Shown here: one piece after another, positions 61,596-64,000 of the stretch
Layout: every line of letters starts with the position of its first letter
Numbering within the stretch: position 1 is the stretch's first letter
DNA from: Chitinophagaceae bacterium
Lineage (GTDB): Bacteria > Bacteroidota > Bacteroidia > Chitinophagales > Chitinophagaceae
DNA length: 64,000 nt
Assembly (NCBI GenBank): GCA_036675745.1
Contig: JAKFEJ010000002.1
Coordinates: forward strand, 959-64,958
Direction of reading: 5' to 3'
Notes under the pieces: generated by a model
Told to the model about the DNA's origin: nothing
Database searches by the model: none
The model's input: only the letters and a program-made list of their open reading frames with translations
Position numbers and translations under genes: made by a program

Positions 61596-62132
61596 ATGAT
61601 ACTCTCTGACAAACGGATATTAGAAGAAATAGAAAAAGGAACGATCAAATTAAATCCTTACGACAGGGACTGCCTCGGAAGTAATTCCTATGATGTGCAT
61701 TTGGGTAAATGGCTGGCCACCTATAAAGAACATATCATTGATGCCAAAAAGCATAATGAAATAGATTATTTTGAAATTCCTGAGGAAGGTTTCGTCTTGT
61801 ACCCGCATATCTTTTATCTTGGTGTTACGCAGGAATATACCGAAACACATGCTCATGTTCCTTTCCTGGAAGGCAAATCATCTACGGGGCGGCTGGGGAT
61901 TGATATTCATGCTACTGCCGGCAAAGGCGATGTGGGTTTTTGCGGCCACTGGACCCTGGAGATCTCAGTTAAGCAACCGGTGAAGGTGTACAATGGAATG
62001 CCAATCGGGCAATTGATCTATTTCCCTGTTGATGGTGAGATAGAAATAAAATACAACGAAAAGAAGAGTGCAAAATATAGCGGTCAGGGCGATAAGCCTA
62101 TAGAAAGTATGATGTGGAAGAATAAGTTCTAA
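61596..62132 (+). CDS. dcd: dCTP deaminase
   Basis: MILSD, NSYDVHL, EGKSSTGRLG, GDVGFCGHWTLE, IGQL, KYSGQ. Confidence 0.93.
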   Translation: MILSDKRILEEIEKGTIKLNPYDRDCLGSNSYDVHLGKWLATYKEHIIDAKKHNEIDYFEIPEEGFVLYPHIFYLGVTQEYTETHAHVPFLEGKSSTGRLGIDIHATAGKGDVGFCGHWTLEISVKQPVKVYNGMPIGQLIYFPVDGEIEIKYNEKKSAKYSGQGDKPIESMMWKNKF

Positions 62133-62290
62133 TGTGCGAATTAGCAGATTTGTAAATGCGCGGATTAGCAAATGCGTGGATATGTGGATGCTTTTATCGT
62201 TACTATTCTATTCATACTGGTATAAACTCTTGCGCTGCTTTGAGAGGTACATTCGCACATTTTCACATTTGCATATTTTCAAATTGCATC
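62131..62290. repeat. Two inverted arrays of degenerate 8-bp units between convergent genes
   Basis: Left array 62131-62190: AATGTGCG AATTAGCA GATTTGTA AATGCGCG GATTAGCA AATGCGTG GATATGTG. Right array 62250-62290, reverse strand: AATTTGAA AATATGCA AATGTGAA AATGTGCG. Confidence 0.7.
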
Positions 62291-63397
62291 TACACCAAAC
62301 TTCTTATAGTAAGCAATAAGCCACGCCACCACTTCATTATAAGTCTGCTTCCCCCCCGGTTGATTGTTAGCTTTTAAAAAATGTCCATAAGACCATGTAA
62401 TAACCGGCTCAACAGGGTTTTTATAGGCGCTGTAGAAACTTCTTAGCTCAATAATATCCTTTACTACCTGGGGATGAAGCTTTTTATAAAATGCTTTTGC
62501 CAGTATGGTATCTCTTTTACTCATTTCATTGCTGGCATAATTATACATATCAAAATACATTGAATATTTAAAAACCGGCGAATCATGATATTTACAAGCC
62601 AGGAAAGCCACAAAATTTGCTTCATTTTCTTTTCCATAGCCTAATTGATGGGCAATTTCATGCGTAGTGACAAATGGCTCCAAAAACCGGGGGATAGTTG
62701 TATTTACCTGTGCCTCACCGGAAAAAGGGTTATAATACCCTTGAAATCCCAAATAATTACCCGCATAACTAAATAAAGAAGGCTTGACAGAAGCAGGCGC
62801 ATATGCCAGGAAAGGAAACTGTTTTGCTGCATTTTGATAGGCCAGACTACTTTCCCTGAATAAATCTCTCTTTTTGGCAAATGAATCTCTTTGAGCTTTT
62901 GTTGCCAATTCAGCATATTCATTTAACCTGCTTTGGATACCGGTTAGCAGTGTGTCTAATTCTGCTAATGAATATTTTTTTACCTCTATTCCCAGCTGGT
63001 GAGAAATCCCTTTACGATTATAATTTAACCCCCATAATAAATTGAAGAATACATACACGAAAAGAAAAAAGAAAATAGCCTGCTGCATAGCAGCAACGAA
63101 ATATCCACGGGTAAGTTTTTTTTGAAACAGCAATTTAAAAAAACGAAAACTGCGGAAAATAACAACCAGGAGAAGGAATCCGTAAAAAAGATCGCCGATA
63201 CTGAAAGGTACCCAGCCGAACAAAAACCTTTGTGCCCTGGTAATGAAGGGATAAACTCCGTATGTATAATAAGTTTCTACCCATTGAGGATACCAGGACG
63301 CCCATTTAATAAGTATCGTGAGCAGGATGAGCAGCACCCAACTCCAGCTTTTCATCAGCCGGTCAAATAAGCGGGAAAGAAAACGTTGCAAAAACAA
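62279..63397 (-). CDS. DUF3810 family membrane-anchored putative metallopeptidase
   Basis: PFSIGD, WGLNYNR, GYYNPFSGEAQVN, HEIAH...ENEANF. Confidence 0.85.
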   Translation of the reverse strand: MFLQRFLSRLFDRLMKSWSWVLLILLTILIKWASWYPQWVETYYTYGVYPFITRAQRFLFGWVPFSIGDLFYGFLLLVVIFRSFRFFKLLFQKKLTRGYFVAAMQQAIFFFLFVYVFFNLLWGLNYNRKGISHQLGIEVKKYSLAELDTLLTGIQSRLNEYAELATKAQRDSFAKKRDLFRESSLAYQNAAKQFPFLAYAPASVKPSLFSYAGNYLGFQGYYNPFSGEAQVNTTIPRFLEPFVTTHEIAHQLGYGKENEANFVAFLACKYHDSPVFKYSMYFDMYNYASNEMSKRDTILAKAFYKKLHPQVVKDIIELRSFYSAYKNPVEPVITWSYGHFLKANNQPGGKQTYNEVVAWLIAYYKKFGVDAI

Positions 63398-63488
63398 TTT
63401 TTTAAAAGTGTTCTAAATCAGGCCGTTAAATTATGCACAAGTCCCGAAAATAAATAAAAATCAGTCATTATTTTTCAGCGAATCCCCT

Positions 63489-63496
63489 TACCTTTG
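63489..63496 (+). promoter_or_regulatory. Bacteroidetes housekeeping -7 promoter element
   Basis: TACCTTTG matches TAnnTTTG, 22 nt before the ATG at 63519. Confidence 0.55.
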
Positions 63497-63518
63497 CCAA
63501 CTCTTAAAAAGTTGATTA

Positions 63519-64000
63519 ATGGGCTACCGTCGGGAATATGAGATAGCTTTCGTGGGACTTAAACCCGGTATCCATGAATACAACTATGAGATCACAGATA
63601 AGTTCTTTGAGCGATTCCAGCAGCAGGATTTTAGCAACTGCAATGCTAATGTAAAACTGACACTTGACAAACAGAATAGCTTTATGCTATTAAAGTTTGA
63701 AATAGGAGGCAGCTTATTGGCTAATTGTGATCGTTGTAATAATGAGCTGACACTGGAATTGTGGGATGAATTCAATATCGTGGTAAAGATCGTAGAAGAA
63801 CCGGAACTGATGAATGACCAGGAAGATGACCCTGATGTATATTATATCAGTCGTGGTGAAAGTCACTTTGATGTAGCGGACTGGATATATGAATTCATTA
63901 ACCTGAGCATCCCGATGCAGAAAGTATGTGGCCTGAACGATAAAAATGGACCAGCCTGCAACCAGGATGCACTGGATGCATTGAAAAAAATGGAACCTGA
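63519..64000 (+). CDS. yceD: DUF177/YceD family protein (3' end runs off the window)
   Basis: Not in the ORF track. MGYRREYEIAFVGLKPGIHEYNYEITDKFF...CDRC...IYEFINLSIPMQKVC. Confidence 0.85.
   Translation, partial: MGYRREYEIAFVGLKPGIHEYNYEITDKFFERFQQQDFSNCNANVKLTLDKQNSFMLLKFEIGGSLLANCDRCNNELTLELWDEFNIVVKIVEEPELMNDQEDDPDVYYISRGESHFDVADWIYEFINLSIPMQKVCGLNDKNGPACNQDALDALKKMEP

Overview
Bacteroidetes DNA, most like Chitinophagaceae (inferred from gene content: SusC/SusD pairs, a T9SS cargo protein, and a TAnnTTTG promoter). Positions 1 to about 55,700 look like the right part of a large carbohydrate-utilisation island. It holds four polysaccharide utilisation loci (PULs): (1) SusCD plus a PL7-like T9SS protein; (2) ECF sigma/FecR, SusCD and a GH27-CBM35 enzyme; (3) ribokinase, SusCD, MFS, a beta-propeller hydrolase, a DHDPS-family aldolase and YidR; (4) a LacI-associated locus with two GH127-like enzymes and several uncharacterised enzymes. 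Gene debris lies at several junctions (dnaE2, MFS, IS66 tnpA, IS21 istB). The island ends in a frameshifted tyrosine integrase next to the 3' half of tRNA-Leu(TAA). The most unusual structure follows at 55,659-56,200: a tandem array of tRNA-Leu-derived repeats alternating with a small GIY-YIG gene (one intact, one decayed). In the second tRNA copy the anticodon arm and the T arm are each replaced by the same 18-bp palindrome in opposite orientations, and the GIY-YIG stop codon lies in the D-loop. The remainder is ordinary chromosome (two GtrII-like genes, DUF2130, PPTase, dcd, DUF3810, yceD), with a Trp-rich small ORF and an inverted pair of 8-bp-period arrays. All family calls come from motif recognition by eye; no database search was run.
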